A stretch of 64,000 nucleotides of DNA from an uncultured Bacilli bacterium (GCA_947624045.1 CANQIL010000002.1:2055-66054); one strand, 5' to 3'. Positions 1-10,535 are shown, counted from the stretch's first letter. The notes: a model not told the origin generated them from the letters alone. Translations and numbers: made by a program.

Positions 1-1
1 T

Positions 2-190
2 ACTAATATTTTAAATAATACATTGATAAGACCAGACCAAATATATTCAGTTTATTTTGATTCAAAAAAAGGTTCTGTATTAAAAAGATTCTCTGATGAA
101 ATGCCAAGAGAATCACAAAATACGGAAAAAATGTATTTAAATGGAGTGTTTAATGGAGTGCCTAGATACAACAAAGTCTTTAAAGATTAA
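2..190 (+). CDS. 3' end of a gene entering from the left window edge (partial). Product not identifiable; possibly the NTPase partner of the downstream RloB-like gene.
   Basis: Frame 2 is open from nt 2 to TAA 188-190 (...EMPRESQNTEKMYLNGVFNGVPRYNKVFKD*) and overlaps the next ORF. The functional guess rests on gene neighbourhood only. Confidence 0.3.
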   Translation, partial: TNILNNTLIRPDQIYSVYFDSKKGSVLKRFSDEMPRESQNTEKMYLNGVFNGVPRYNKVFKD

Positions 191-938
191 TTTTAAAAGA
201 AATATTGGTTCGGTATTAATTGTTGTAGAAGGTGCATCGTATGAGTTTGCTTTATTAAAACAAATATTTAAAAAAATTCTTCATTATAATTATATAGAAA
301 AGAGTAGAAATCAACAAAATTTTAAAAATTATGATGAATTTGTAATGAAAGGAAATGAGAACTCACGAGTCATAGTAATAAATGCTAAAAATTCCAATTT
401 ATCATCTATAAAAAAAGATGAGAATTATCTTAATGAAATTTATAAAAAATTATATTTAGAATATGGAATAGATATAAAAAATATTAATGTATATTTTCTC
501 TGGGATAGAGATAATAGTTCTAATCCTGCAAGTGTTACCAAAGACTTATTAAGCCGATTAGGAAATTCAATTGAGAATAAAAATGGTGAAATGAATGGTC
601 TATTATTACTAAGTTATCCCTGTATAGAAGCTTTTACTATTTCAAATTTTGATAAAAAGACAATGTTTTTAAAAGAAAAAAACTTAAAAAAATATGTTAG
701 AGATAATAATTACAAGATAAGTAAAATAGATAGGTATACTCTGTTAAAAGCAACTATTATGATGAATAAAGGATTATTAGAATGTGGAATTAGTGATTAT
801 GATTTGGATGATTTTTCAAAAACTTCTTTAAAAGTTTTTAACAAACAAGAGTTATTTTTACGTAGTAAAAGTTACTATAATTTATTGTCATTAGTTTCAA
901 TAATGCTTCTAGATTTAAATATTATAACAGTTAGATAA
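141..938 (+). CDS. RloB-like Toprim-domain protein (AbiLii-like, defence-associated)
   Basis: 265-aa ORF. The likelier start is ATG 153, preceded by GGAG (144-147). VLIVVEGASYEF, YFLWDRD and LSYPCIEAF resemble the RloB pattern (cEGe.tE ... D.D ... SNPCFE). Confidence 0.5.
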   Translation: MECLMECLDTTKSLKINFKRNIGSVLIVVEGASYEFALLKQIFKKILHYNYIEKSRNQQNFKNYDEFVMKGNENSRVIVINAKNSNLSSIKKDENYLNEIYKKLYLEYGIDIKNINVYFLWDRDNSSNPASVTKDLLSRLGNSIENKNGEMNGLLLLSYPCIEAFTISNFDKKTMFLKEKNLKKYVRDNNYKISKIDRYTLLKATIMMNKGLLECGISDYDLDDFSKTSLKVFNKQELFLRSKSYYNLLSLVSIMLLDLNIITVR

Positions 939-1054
939 ATGCATAATAAGTCAAAGAGAAATAATAGATTTATTAGCTTAAGTTTTAAAAATAAGAAATT
1001 TAATTAAAATTATTTGTTATTAAAGGAATATTATGATAATATATTCTTACAAGA

Positions 1055-1118
1055 CCTAAGGTAGGTAGCTCAATGCTAATCGTATGTTAAGTACGCTGCC
1101 CCTCAGGCATTTTTTTTT
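1055..1118 (+). terminator. Rho-independent terminator candidate
   Basis: Imperfect long hairpin CCTAAGGTAGGTAGC ... GCTGCCCCTCAGG followed by a T9 run (1110-1118). Confidence 0.5.
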
Positions 1119-1122
1119 GAAA

Positions 1123-1380
1123 TTAAATATAGTTTTTATAATAATTATATAGCTCAACTAATTTATCATACAAATCACTTCGTAAGGACTTTTTTAATAT
1201 GCCAAAGCTTTCTGTATTTTTATCTAAAAGCTCATTATAATACTTTTTTAAATACTTATAAATTATCATTACTTCATCATTAGATAAGTCTACTTTTTGT
1301 TTTTTAGCATAATTTATAATATCTTGGGGTTTTAAGAAAATAATATACTTTCTTACTAGTTCTTTATAAATAAAAATCAC
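1123..1380 (-). CDS. Small helical protein, tentatively DUF2624-like
   Basis: 85-aa ORF. The pattern (..KPQDIINYAKKQKVDLSNDEV..) recalls DUF2624. Weak, from memory only. Confidence 0.35.
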   Translation of the reverse strand: MIFIYKELVRKYIIFLKPQDIINYAKKQKVDLSNDEVMIIYKYLKKYYNELLDKNTESFGILKKSLRSDLYDKLVELYNYYKNYI

Positions 1381-1442
1381 CTCAGTAAAATATATTAAAT
1401 AACTTTTAAAATATGTGATAAACTAATAATGGTGGTGCTGAT

Positions 1443-3494
1443 ATGAAGAAATATAAAAGTAGAAAAAAGATTGATTATGATAAAATTATTAATAAACGAT
1501 TTACGTTATTTTTAATTGTTATTTTAATTGTCTTTAGTTTAGTTTTATTTAAAATGATAGATGTAATGCTTATTAAAGAGGCAGTATATAAAGATAAATT
1601 ATCATCACTTAGTTACTCAACTACTTTAGGAAGTAGTACTCCTCGAGGTAGAATTTATGATAGAAACTATAATATTATTGTAGATAATAAATCATTAAAA
1701 ACAATTACTTATAAAAAAGAAAAAGGCACAACAACAAAAGATATGCTTAAAGTTGCCTATGAAGTTGCGCCTCACTTAGACTTAGATTTATCTAGATTAA
1801 ATGAGCAAATGAAAAGAGAGTTTTACTATGCTAAATATAAAGAAAAATGTGATAAGCTTGTTAGTAAAAAAGAAATTAATCAAGTAAATACAAGAAAAAT
1901 GACTACTAGAGATTTAGAAGAATTAAAACTAAAAAGAATTAGTACTGAAGAACTAGCTAAATTAACAGATGAAGATTTAGAAGTAGCTTATTTATATTAC
2001 TTAATGAATAAAGGTTATACTTATGAAGAAAAGACTATTAAAAGTGATGTAACAGATAAAGAATATGCTTATATTTCCGAAAATAATGCAAACTTAAAAG
2101 GTTTTAATACTAAGCTTGATTGGGAAAGAGTTTATCCTTATGGCGATACTTTTAAAGCTATTTTAGGAACAGTTTCCTCATCAACACAAGGAATTCCAGC
2201 TGAAGAAAAAGATTACTATTTAAATAAAGGTTACTTTTTAAATGATAGAGTAGGTATTAGTTATATTGAAAAGCAATATGAAGATTATTTGAAAGGTGAA
2301 AAGCCCGTTTATGAAGTAGTTAATTCTCATGAAACAAAACTAATAAAAGAGGGTAGTCGTGGTAAAGATATTGTTTTATCAATTGATATAAATTTGCAAA
2401 AAGAATTAGAAAAAGTAATTGATGAACAAATTAGAAGAGCTAAAAGTGAAGCTAATACTGATTATTTTGACCATTCAAGTGTTGTTATTGAAGATCCAAA
2501 TACCGGGGAAATTCTAGCTATGGTTTCCAGAAAATTAGTAAATGGAGAATTTATTGATAATACAACAAGTATATTAACATCTCCCATCACACCAGGCTCT
2601 GTTGTTAAAGGGGCATCTATGTTAGTAGGTTATAATACTGGTGTATTAAAAATAGGTGAATATCTTAAAGATGAATGTATTAAAGTAGCGGGTGCACCGG
2701 AAAAATGTTCTTCGGTAAAGACCCTTGGAACGATTAATGATATAACTGCTTTAGCTAAAAGTAGTAATGTTTATCAATTTAAAGTAGCTATTAGGGTAAA
2801 TGGTCAAGAATATTCAAGAGGTATGAAACTTAATCTAAATCAAAAAGCTTTTGATACTTACCGAAATATGTATCACTCTTTTGGACTAGGCGTTAAAACA
2901 GGTATTGATTTACCTTTTGAAAGTGCCGGTGTTTCCTCAAAAAAAGATGTTAATGCTGGTAACTTGTTAGACTTTGTTATGGGACAGTACGAAACATATA
3001 CTCCGTTACAAATACTTCAATATATGTCTACTATAGCTAATGGTAAAGATAGAATAGCTCTGCATCTTTTAAAAGAAGTACATAAAGCTAGTAATACTGA
3101 AGAAATAGGTGAGTTAGAGTACACTAAAGAAAAAGAAATATTAAATTCAATTGATACCAAAGAAGAATATATGAACCGAGTAAAAGAGGGATTCATTGCG
3201 GTTATGAATGCACCGGGTGGTTATGGAGTTGGCTATATTGATAGAGGCTTAAAGCCTGCTGGTAAGACAGGAACTTCTCAAAGTTTTATTGATACAAATA
3301 ATGATAATATAATTGATACCGAAACTATCACAACTACTTTTGCCGGCTATTATCCAAGTGATAATCCTAAAGTAACTATATTAGTAACATCGCCTAATTC
3401 CTCTAGGCCCAATCCTAATAATTCTTTTATGAGCCTTGTTAACTATCGTCTAACACAAGAAGTTAGTAAAGTCTATCATAATATGTATGATTAG
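1443..3494 (+). CDS. Class B penicillin-binding protein (transpeptidase, PBP2-type)
   Basis: N-terminal TM anchor, SxxK (GSVVKG), SxN (KSSNVY), KTG (AGKTGTSQ). 683 aa, full length. Confidence 0.9.
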   Translation: MKKYKSRKKIDYDKIINKRFTLFLIVILIVFSLVLFKMIDVMLIKEAVYKDKLSSLSYSTTLGSSTPRGRIYDRNYNIIVDNKSLKTITYKKEKGTTTKDMLKVAYEVAPHLDLDLSRLNEQMKREFYYAKYKEKCDKLVSKKEINQVNTRKMTTRDLEELKLKRISTEELAKLTDEDLEVAYLYYLMNKGYTYEEKTIKSDVTDKEYAYISENNANLKGFNTKLDWERVYPYGDTFKAILGTVSSSTQGIPAEEKDYYLNKGYFLNDRVGISYIEKQYEDYLKGEKPVYEVVNSHETKLIKEGSRGKDIVLSIDINLQKELEKVIDEQIRRAKSEANTDYFDHSSVVIEDPNTGEILAMVSRKLVNGEFIDNTTSILTSPITPGSVVKGASMLVGYNTGVLKIGEYLKDECIKVAGAPEKCSSVKTLGTINDITALAKSSNVYQFKVAIRVNGQEYSRGMKLNLNQKAFDTYRNMYHSFGLGVKTGIDLPFESAGVSSKKDVNAGNLLDFVMGQYETYTPLQILQYMSTIANGKDRIALHLLKEVHKASNTEEIGELEYTKEKEILNSIDTKEEYMNRVKEGFIAVMNAPGGYGVGYIDRGLKPAGKTGTSQSFIDTNNDNIIDTETITTTFAGYYPSDNPKVTILVTSPNSSRPNPNNSFMSLVNYRLTQEVSKVYHNMYD

Positions 3495-3568
3495 CTATTA
3501 ATTAAAGTTTTTCTTGCTAAGAAAGAAAAATTTGTGTATAATAAGACTACTCAAAGGGGGAGTATATT

Positions 3569-4000
3569 ATGATGAATGATGAAATTAGTACTTTAGAAGA
3601 AAAAAGTATTAGTAAGGACAAAACTAAAGATGAATTAATAGAAGAATTAATGAAAGAAAATAAAAAAATTTATAAAAAAAGTATATTTGTTGTTGTTTTT
3701 AGTTTCATTGTTGCTTTAATGGGAACACATTATGGTTACAAGCAAGCTGAAAAAGACTTAAAAAAAGAAGAGTCATTAAATCATCTTAAAGTCTATAACT
3801 TTTTACAAGATAAGATTGATGAACTTGACTATCCATTACAATATTTACTAACAAAATTAAACGATTTTGAATATGAATTAATGAATAATGCTAGTCAAAT
3901 AACGGATGAAGATTATCTATTAGATATCAATAATGAGATAGACGAAGCCTTTACCTATTTTCAAAATGATATGGAAAAAAATAAAGTTTACACAAAATAA
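3569..4000 (+). CDS. Hypothetical single-pass membrane protein
   Basis: 143-aa ORF with RBS GGGGGAG, one TM (IFVVVFSFIVALMG), and promoter TTGCTA-17-TATAAT upstream. Confidence 0.5.
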   Translation: MMNDEISTLEEKSISKDKTKDELIEELMKENKKIYKKSIFVVVFSFIVALMGTHYGYKQAEKDLKKEESLNHLKVYNFLQDKIDELDYPLQYLLTKLNDFEYELMNNASQITDEDYLLDINNEIDEAFTYFQNDMEKNKVYTK

Positions 4001-4078
4001 AAGTGACTTTTCACTTATTTTACTTGAAAATATAAAAAAATTTGGTATAATACCTATAGGCGTGTAAGGAGGGATATT

Positions 4079-4243
4079 ATGGCTAAAGTAGGAAATAGAC
4101 AATTAAAAACTCTTGTATGTAGTGAATGTAAAGAAGAAAACTATAGAGAACAAAGAAATGTAAAAAATACAACAGAACGTCTTGAATTAAATAGATACTG
4201 TCCTAGATGTAGAAAACATACAGTACATAAGGAAAAAAAGTAA
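4079..4243 (+). CDS. rpmG: 50S ribosomal protein L33 (four-Cys, zinc-ribbon form)
   Basis: Not in the ORF track (54 aa). [65 protein letters not shown], CxxC...CxxC. Confidence 0.9.
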   Translation: MAKVGNRQLKTLVCSECKEENYREQRNVKNTTERLELNRYCPRCRKHTVHKEKK

Positions 4244-4283
4244 AAATAAGCTAAAACTTATTTTTTAATTTAGAGGTGAAAAA

Positions 4284-4841
4284 ATGATAAGTACAAATGA
4301 TTTAAAAAATGGTATCACTATTGAATATGAAGGTAACATTTATGTTGTAATGGATACGCAACATGTTAAACCTGGTAAAGGAGCTGCCATTGTCAAAGCT
4401 AAACTTAAAAATTTAAGAACAGGAGCTATCTTTGAACAGACTTTTAATGCTGGTGTTAAAGTCGCAACTGCTCATATTGAAAAGCAATTAATGCAATATT
4501 TATATAATATGAATGATGTATATTATTTTATGAATATGGATACTTATGAGCAATTAGAATTAAATGCTGAAGCTGTTTCTGAAAATGCTAAGTTCTTAAA
4601 AGAAAACTTAGAAGTTTATATTACTAGTTACAATGGAGAAATACTAGGACTTGACTTACCTGATAAAGTTGAACTTGTTGTTACCCATACTGAGCCAGCT
4701 GTTAAAGGTAATACAACTACTAATGCTATGAAAGATGCTACATTAGAAACAGGCTTAGTAGTAAGAGTTCCATTATTTATTGAAGAAAATGAAACAATTG
4801 TTATTTCAACTAGTGATGGTAAATACGTATCAAGAGCATAG
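4284..4841 (+). CDS. efp: Elongation factor P
   Basis: MISTNDLKNGITIEYEGNIYVV..HVKPGKGAAIVKAKLKNLRTG is the canonical EF-P N-terminus. 185 aa. Confidence 0.95.
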   Translation: MISTNDLKNGITIEYEGNIYVVMDTQHVKPGKGAAIVKAKLKNLRTGAIFEQTFNAGVKVATAHIEKQLMQYLYNMNDVYYFMNMDTYEQLELNAEAVSENAKFLKENLEVYITSYNGEILGLDLPDKVELVVTHTEPAVKGNTTTNAMKDATLETGLVVRVPLFIEENETIVISTSDGKYVSRA

Positions 4842-4926
4842 AAATATGCTTTTTCTTTTTAGTTAATTTATCCTTTTCTAAAACAAATTATTATGATACA
4901 ATTGAAATGATAGAAAGGGTGAAATC

Positions 4927-5499
4927 ATGGCAAAAAAAGAAGAAATTTATGATGATAGTTGGCTATATTCTCTTATTTTAATAACAATGACAATATTTTT
5001 AGAGGCTTTAAAAAAATATACTTTTACAATTTTTAATGTTAATTTAACTTATGCTTTATTTTTACTACCAGTTGTTTATCTTATTGCGAATTATATAATG
5101 AAAAAATATGGCTATAAAAAGGCCGTTGTATCTATTTCAATATCCGGCTTAGCTTTAGTTTTATTTTATACTTTAGTAACAGTACTCTTAAAAAGGGAAC
5201 TACTCTTAACAAATATAAGTGGCGAGTTTTGTGGTTATGTAATTAGTCAATTTGCTAATCTAACTATTTATGCCTTTTTACTAAATAATACTAAGTTAAA
5301 TTATTTTTTAGTAGTTATCAATTATATTTTTGCCTTAGTAATTAACTATATGTTTTATACATTAATATATCTAAATAAAGTTGTATTAAATAATTTTTGG
5401 AAAGGCTATTTAATAACTTTACTAATACAAACAGTAATTTGTTTTATAATAGGCTTTTTAGATATTAAGATAAAAAGAGGAATAGAAAAAGATGCTTAA
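4927..5499 (+). CDS. Polytopic membrane protein, possibly VUT/YhhQ-family (queuosine precursor transporter-like)
   Basis: 190 aa with about 5-6 TM segments. LLPVVYLIANYIMKKYGYKKA resembles the fP..f...D...E.YG motif region. Tentative. Confidence 0.4.
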   Translation: MAKKEEIYDDSWLYSLILITMTIFLEALKKYTFTIFNVNLTYALFLLPVVYLIANYIMKKYGYKKAVVSISISGLALVLFYTLVTVLLKRELLLTNISGEFCGYVISQFANLTIYAFLLNNTKLNYFLVVINYIFALVINYMFYTLIYLNKVVLNNFWKGYLITLLIQTVICFIIGFLDIKIKRGIEKDA

Positions 5500-5517
5500 C
5501 TTAAGGCATCTTTTAAT

Positions 5518-6228
5518 TTAAAATATAGCTAGTAAAATTGAAAATAGAGTCAGTGAAAAATTATGAAACATATGCATAAACATAGAAGTAAAAACGCTAT
5601 CGGTCTTATAATAAGCTAAAGCGAATGCTCCACCAAGAGCTCCATAAGGAACAATATATAAATAATCAACCCATGAAGTGGCACTTCCTAAAACATGAAC
5701 AAGACCAAAGATAAAAAATGATAAAAAGACAAAAACATATTTATTTTTAAAAACATTTCTTAAGGTTTTTCTAAAAACAATTTCTTCATTAAAAGGAGCA
5801 ATAATACCGGCATTAATAAGCATTATCCAAGGAAGAGAAGAAATCATCTTTTGCACAGCTTGTTCATTTGCGGCCCCACCTGTTTTAAAAAACATATTAA
5901 TCAAAACATTCGAAATAATCATAATAAAAAGTCCAACTACCCAACAATTAAAAGCAATATTTATATTATCAAAAAGCTTACTTTTAAACTTTTTAAATTC
6001 TTGAAATAATTCTTTTTTATACATAAGACTAAAAATTACTACTAAAACTAAATTGGCAAAACAATTAAGTAAAACATTAGTTGAATAAGAAATCTTTTTG
6101 ACATCTAATTTAAATAAAAATATTGGAATATACTGAAATAGATAACTTTCAAAAAAAATAATCATTACAAGTACACCCTTTAAAATATTTTTAAGTAAAT
6201 CTTTTTTATCTTCCATTAAGTAACACAT
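5518..6228 (-). CDS. CPBP-family intramembrane glutamic endopeptidase (CAAX protease/Abi type)
   Basis: Polytopic. EExxxR motif (APFNEEIVFRKTL), FGLVH and FMHMFHN His motifs. Confidence 0.75.
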   Translation of the reverse strand: MCYLMEDKKDLLKNILKGVLVMIIFFESYLFQYIPIFLFKLDVKKISYSTNVLLNCFANLVLVVIFSLMYKKELFQEFKKFKSKLFDNINIAFNCWVVGLFIMIISNVLINMFFKTGGAANEQAVQKMISSLPWIMLINAGIIAPFNEEIVFRKTLRNVFKNKYVFVFLSFFIFGLVHVLGSATSWVDYLYIVPYGALGGAFALAYYKTDSVFTSMFMHMFHNFSLTLFSILLAIF

Positions 6229-6332
6229 CCTTTTTTTTAATAATATACTATCAATAGTTTATAAAGACTATTTAGCGCTACTAATAATATATCACACTTT
6301 TATCCTTAAATATTACTAAAATGAAAATATTC

Positions 6333-6361
6333 TTGCATATAATGTATATTTATTGTATAAT
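6333..6361 (+). promoter_or_regulatory. Sigma-A-type promoter of rpsO (TTGCAT-17-TATAAT), followed by a ~78-nt leader
   Basis: TTGCAT 6333-6338, 17-nt spacer, TATAAT 6356-6361. Confidence 0.5.
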
Positions 6362-6445
6362 ACAACTAGCTTACTGGTACTCAGTTTGAAGAATTTCCGA
6401 CTTCTTACTTAGTAGTGGCGAATTTATTAGAAAGGAAGTGTTAAT

Positions 6446-6715
6446 ATGGCATTAACAAAAGAAGAAAAAGCAAGTATAATTAAAGAATTTGCTAAAAGCG
6501 AAAACGATACTGGTTCATGTGAAGTACAAATTGCTATTTTAACTAAAGAAATCAACGATTTGACTGAGCATTTAAAAGTACATATTCACGACCATCATTC
6601 TCGTAGAGGACTTCTTAAGAAAGTAGGTCAACGTAGAAATATGTTACAGTATTTAGCTAAGAAGGATATTCAAAGCTATCGTGAAGTAATTAAAAAATTA
6701 GGTTTAAGAAAGTAG
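6446..6715 (+). CDS. rpsO: 30S ribosomal protein S15
   Basis: 89 aa, ...[29 protein letters not shown]... typical of S15. Confidence 0.95.
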   Translation: MALTKEEKASIIKEFAKSENDTGSCEVQIAILTKEINDLTEHLKVHIHDHHSRRGLLKKVGQRRNMLQYLAKKDIQSYREVIKKLGLRK

Positions 6716-6743
6716 ACATTTGTTTTTTGTGTCTATTTTTTTT
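6713..6743 (+). terminator. rpsO terminator/attenuator before pnp
   Basis: TAGACA ... TGTCTA hairpin followed by T8. Confidence 0.6.
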
Positions 6744-6780
6744 CGAGGAAAGATTTTCGAAACTAGAAAAGAGGTAACTT

Positions 6781-8964
6781 ATGAAAAAGAAAGTATTTGA
6801 ATTAGATTTCCATGGCAGAAAATTAGTAGTAGAACATGGTGAATTAGCTAAGCAAGCTGATGGAGCTGTTTTAGTAAGATATAATGACACCGTTGTTTTA
6901 ACGGCTGCTGTCGTATCTAAAAATGTTAATTTATTATCTGATTTTTTTCCATTAACTGTAAATTATCAAGAAAAATTATACTCTGTTGGTAAAATACCAG
7001 GAGGATTTATAAAAAGAGAAGGTCGTCCTAGTGAAGCTGCTACTTTAGCCGCTAGAATGATTGATAGACCTATGCGACCTTTATTTCCAGAGGGCTTTAA
7101 AAATGAAGTACAAATTATTTCGACTGTTTTATCAGTTGACCAAGACTGTTCACCAGAACTAACAGCTATGTTTGCTTCATCACTAGCCGTTTCAATTTCC
7201 AAAATTCCTTTTAATGGACCAATTGCTGGAGTAAAAGTGGGCCGTGTTAATGGTAAGTTCATCATAAATCCAACTCCAGAAGAATTAGAAATATCTGAAC
7301 TTGACTTAACAGTAGCCGGTACGAAAGATGCTATTAATATGGTTGAATCTAGTGCTAAACAAGTTGATGAAGATATTATGCTAGAAGCTTTAATGTTTGG
7401 CCATAAAGCTGTAAAAGAATTAATCAAGTTTGAAGAAAAGATTATTAAAGAAATTGGCGAAGAAAAAATGGAATATGAAACGCTAGTTCCTGAAGCAGAA
7501 ATGGTTGAAAGAATTAGAAGCTTGATTACTAAAAAGATGGATAAAGCACTAAGAATAAAAGATAAATTAAAAAAATATGCTGCCATTGATGAAATAAAAG
7601 AAGAAGTAATTAATCTATATACTACAGAAAATGAAGATAAACTAAAAGATGAAGAATTAAAAGAATTGCTTGTAAAAGCAGAAATGGTTGTATCTGATGT
7701 TGAGTATGAATTATTTAGAAATATCGTTGTTAAAGAACACATTAGGTCTGATGGTCGAAAAATGGATGAAATTAGAAAGCTATCAACTGATATTGATATT
7801 TTACCAAGAACTCACGGCTCTGCTCTTTTCACAAGAGGGGAAACACAGAGCTTATCCGTAACAACGTTAGGTGCCCTAAATGAACATCAAATTATTGATG
7901 GTTTAAGTATGGAAGACCAAAAACGTTTTATGCTTCATTATAATTTCCCACAATTTTCTGTAGGTGAAACAGGTAGATATGGAGCACCAGGTCGCAGAGA
8001 AATTGGTCATGGAGCTTTAGGCGAAAAAGCTTTAGCTCAAGTTATTCCAAGTGAAGAAGAATTCCCATACACTATCCGTGTTGTTTCTGAGATTCTTGAG
8101 TCTAACGGCTCATCTTCTCAAGCTAGTATTTGTGCCGGTTGTATGTCTTTAATGGCTGCCGGAGTTCCTATTAAAGCTCCTGTTGCTGGTATCGCTATGG
8201 GCTTAATTACAGCAGGGGATGATTATACTATCCTAACAGATATTCAAGGTATGGAAGACCATTTAGGCGATATGGATTTCAAAGTTGCAGGTACTAAAAA
8301 CGGTATTACGGCTTTACAAATGGATATAAAAATTAAAGGTATAACTGAGCCAATTTTAAAAGAAGCTTTATATCAAGCTAAAAAAGCTCGTCTAGAGATT
8401 TTAAAAGTAATTGAAAAACAAATAAAAGAGCCAAGAAAAGAAGTCTCTAAATACGCACCAAAGATGGAAACCTTTACAATTAATCCATTACGTATTAAAG
8501 ATGTCATTGGTAAAGGTGGCGAGATGATTACTAAAATCATTTGTGAAGCTTCTAACGTTAGAGAAGTTACTAATGTTAATGCTGTTAAAGTTGAGCTTGA
8601 AGATGATGGTCGTGTAATTATTTATCACTCTGATAAAGAAATAATTGACAAGACTAGAAAAATGATTGAAGATATTGTCAGAGAAGTTGAAGTAGGCAAA
8701 ATTTATGAAGCAAAAGTTGTTAAGATTGAAGATTTTGGTTGCTTTGTAGAGTTATGGCCAGGTTGTGAGGGCTTAGTTCATGTTTCTCAATTAGCTTATG
8801 AGCATGTTGATAAACCAGAAGATGTTGTTAATGTTGGTGATGAGATAATAGTTAAAGCTCTAGGTACTGACAAGAAAGGTCGTCAAAACTTCTCTAGAAA
8901 AGAAGCTCTTCCTAAGCCAAAAAAAGAAGATAAAGCTAAAGATAAAAAGAAAAGTAAAAATTAG
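6781..8964 (+). CDS. pnp: Polynucleotide phosphorylase
   Basis: 727 aa with two RNase PH domains, then KH and S1 ([21 protein letters not shown]) and a Lys-rich tail. Confidence 0.97.
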   Translation: MKKKVFELDFHGRKLVVEHGELAKQADGAVLVRYNDTVVLTAAVVSKNVNLLSDFFPLTVNYQEKLYSVGKIPGGFIKREGRPSEAATLAARMIDRPMRPLFPEGFKNEVQIISTVLSVDQDCSPELTAMFASSLAVSISKIPFNGPIAGVKVGRVNGKFIINPTPEELEISELDLTVAGTKDAINMVESSAKQVDEDIMLEALMFGHKAVKELIKFEEKIIKEIGEEKMEYETLVPEAEMVERIRSLITKKMDKALRIKDKLKKYAAIDEIKEEVINLYTTENEDKLKDEELKELLVKAEMVVSDVEYELFRNIVVKEHIRSDGRKMDEIRKLSTDIDILPRTHGSALFTRGETQSLSVTTLGALNEHQIIDGLSMEDQKRFMLHYNFPQFSVGETGRYGAPGRREIGHGALGEKALAQVIPSEEEFPYTIRVVSEILESNGSSSQASICAGCMSLMAAGVPIKAPVAGIAMGLITAGDDYTILTDIQGMEDHLGDMDFKVAGTKNGITALQMDIKIKGITEPILKEALYQAKKARLEILKVIEKQIKEPRKEVSKYAPKMETFTINPLRIKDVIGKGGEMITKIICEASNVREVTNVNAVKVELEDDGRVIIYHSDKEIIDKTRKMIEDIVREVEVGKIYEAKVVKIEDFGCFVELWPGCEGLVHVSQLAYEHVDKPEDVVNVGDEIIVKALGTDKKGRQNFSRKEALPKPKKEDKAKDKKKSKN

Positions 8965-9060
8965 TAAAATGAAAAGTAAACATAAAATTTTGTGCTTACT
9001 TTTTTTTAATATTCTCAAAAATCATGCTATAATTCTATTAGGTATTAAGGATTTGGTATT

Positions 9061-9999
9061 ATGAAAAAGAAGTTAGTATTAATTTTAGTAGCTTTAAGTT
9101 TTGTTTTTAGTTTTTCAACTAGTCTAGTAAAAGCTGATTCCGGTTGGGATTTTGATTATGATGTTGGAGGTAGTGACTGGGGAAGTAGCTGGGATAGTGA
9201 TTGGAGCTCAAGTAGTTGGGATGATGACTGGAGTTCTAGTAGTTGGAGCTCTTCATATGATGATGACTATCACAGTTCAAGCTCTCATTCGGGAATACCT
9301 AGTGGTGACCAAACTTTAGCTAATGTATTCGGAGCCTTTTTCTTTGGTATGTTAATTTTCTTCGTTGTTTTATCAATAATTATGGAGCAAAATAGAAAAC
9401 AACAAAGCCTTATCAAGAAAAGAGCCATTGATTTTTCTTATTATAAAGATTTAACCCCAGAAGAATTGAAGAAGATTGATGCTACTTTAGATGTGGAAAC
9501 GGCTAAGCAAGAGTTCTTTGAAATTTATAAAAAACTCCAAATTGCTTGGATGGACTTTGATACAGAAACTATAAAAGAAAATACAACTGATGAAATGTAT
9601 AATATGTATAGCAGTCAATTAAAGACTTTAAGTATGAAAAAACAAAAAAATATAATGTCCGAAATTACTTATGAAGACGCTAAGATATATGATATCAAAG
9701 AAGAAAATGGCATAATAACTTTAAGAGTTTTCTTAACCGTAAAATGTTTTGATTATGTTTGTGATGAGAACAATAATGTTGTAAGAGGTCGTAAAGATAA
9801 AAAGGTAAGAATCAGTTACTCCCTTACATTTGTTAAATCAAAGGTAAGTAAGGATAAAGAAAAATGTCCTAATTGTGGTGCTTTAGTTGATATAACATCA
9901 TCTGAAGTTTGTCCATATTGTCGAAGCCTTTTAGTAAGAACAGCTAATAAGTATGTCTTAAGTAAAAAGACTAATATTTGGCAAGAGTTTGATAGGTAA
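9061..9999 (+). CDS. Membrane protein: signal peptide, W/S/D-rich segment, TM, Tim44-like domain, C-terminal zinc ribbon
   Basis: MKKKLVLILVALSF.. signal. SSSW/DDDW repeats. TM FGAFFFGMLIFFVVLSIIM. Tim44-like core (FFEIYKKLQIAWMDFD...). CPNCG..x13..CPYC. Confidence 0.6.
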   Translation: MKKKLVLILVALSFVFSFSTSLVKADSGWDFDYDVGGSDWGSSWDSDWSSSSWDDDWSSSSWSSSYDDDYHSSSSHSGIPSGDQTLANVFGAFFFGMLIFFVVLSIIMEQNRKQQSLIKKRAIDFSYYKDLTPEELKKIDATLDVETAKQEFFEIYKKLQIAWMDFDTETIKENTTDEMYNMYSSQLKTLSMKKQKNIMSEITYEDAKIYDIKEENGIITLRVFLTVKCFDYVCDENNNVVRGRKDKKVRISYSLTFVKSKVSKDKEKCPNCGALVDITSSEVCPYCRSLLVRTANKYVLSKKTNIWQEFDR

Positions 10000-10019
10000 A
10001 AAAGAAAGGAATATTTAAA

Positions 10020-10535
10020 ATGACAGAATTTAATGAAGCTTTATTTAAAACTAAAGTAGATAATATTTTTATAAAGATTCATAATGCGATAATGGAAGGT
10101 AGTCTAAAAGATGTTAAGCATTTTATGAATGAAGAAGTTTTTACCAAGTTAAATAACTACATAAATGACTTAGCCTTAAAAAAGCAAAGACAAATTTATG
10201 ATGAAGTAAATGTCAAAAGCTCTTTTATAAAGGAAAGAAAAGTTGTCGATGAAAAGGAAGTTGTAACAGTAGGAATTTTTGCTAAATACATGGACTATAT
10301 CATTGATATTGATAGTGGTAAAATTATTTCAGGAACTGATAAAAAGCGTATTGAAAAATCATACACTCTAGTTTTTGAAAAAAATATTAATACTAAAACA
10401 TTAGGACTAAATCGTAAATGCCCTAACTGTGGAGCTAGTATGGATATAAATAATTCCGGTAAATGTTCTTTTTGTGGTAGTACTTTTGACCTTTATAATT
10501 ATGATTACATATTAACTTCTCTTACTAAATATTAA
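10020..10535 (+). CDS. Cytoplasmic Tim44-like domain protein with C-terminal zinc ribbon (paralogue of the preceding gene)
   Basis: 171 aa with the same domain order as 9061-9999 but without the signal/TM part. CPNCG...CSFCG. Confidence 0.6.
   Translation: MTEFNEALFKTKVDNIFIKIHNAIMEGSLKDVKHFMNEEVFTKLNNYINDLALKKQRQIYDEVNVKSSFIKERKVVDEKEVVTVGIFAKYMDYIIDIDSGKIISGTDKKRIEKSYTLVFEKNINTKTLGLNRKCPNCGASMDINNSGKCSFCGSTFDLYNYDYILTSLTKY

Noticed and set aside
6690-6890. Minus-strand 66-aa ORF spanning the rpsO terminator and the pnp start
   Set aside because: It overlaps two confident plus-strand genes and an intrinsic terminator, and has no RBS.
6966-7742. 258-aa minus-strand ORF inside pnp
   Set aside because: It is entirely antisense to a confidently identified gene. 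Its Ser/Ile/Phe-rich low-complexity translation is typical of the reverse frame of GAA/AAA-rich coding DNA.
9136-9300. Repetitive TGG/AGT/GAT-rich DNA, considered as a tandem repeat or CRISPR-like array
   Set aside because: It lies in frame within the 312-aa ORF and encodes SSSW/DDDW low-complexity peptide. There is no repeat-spacer periodicity.
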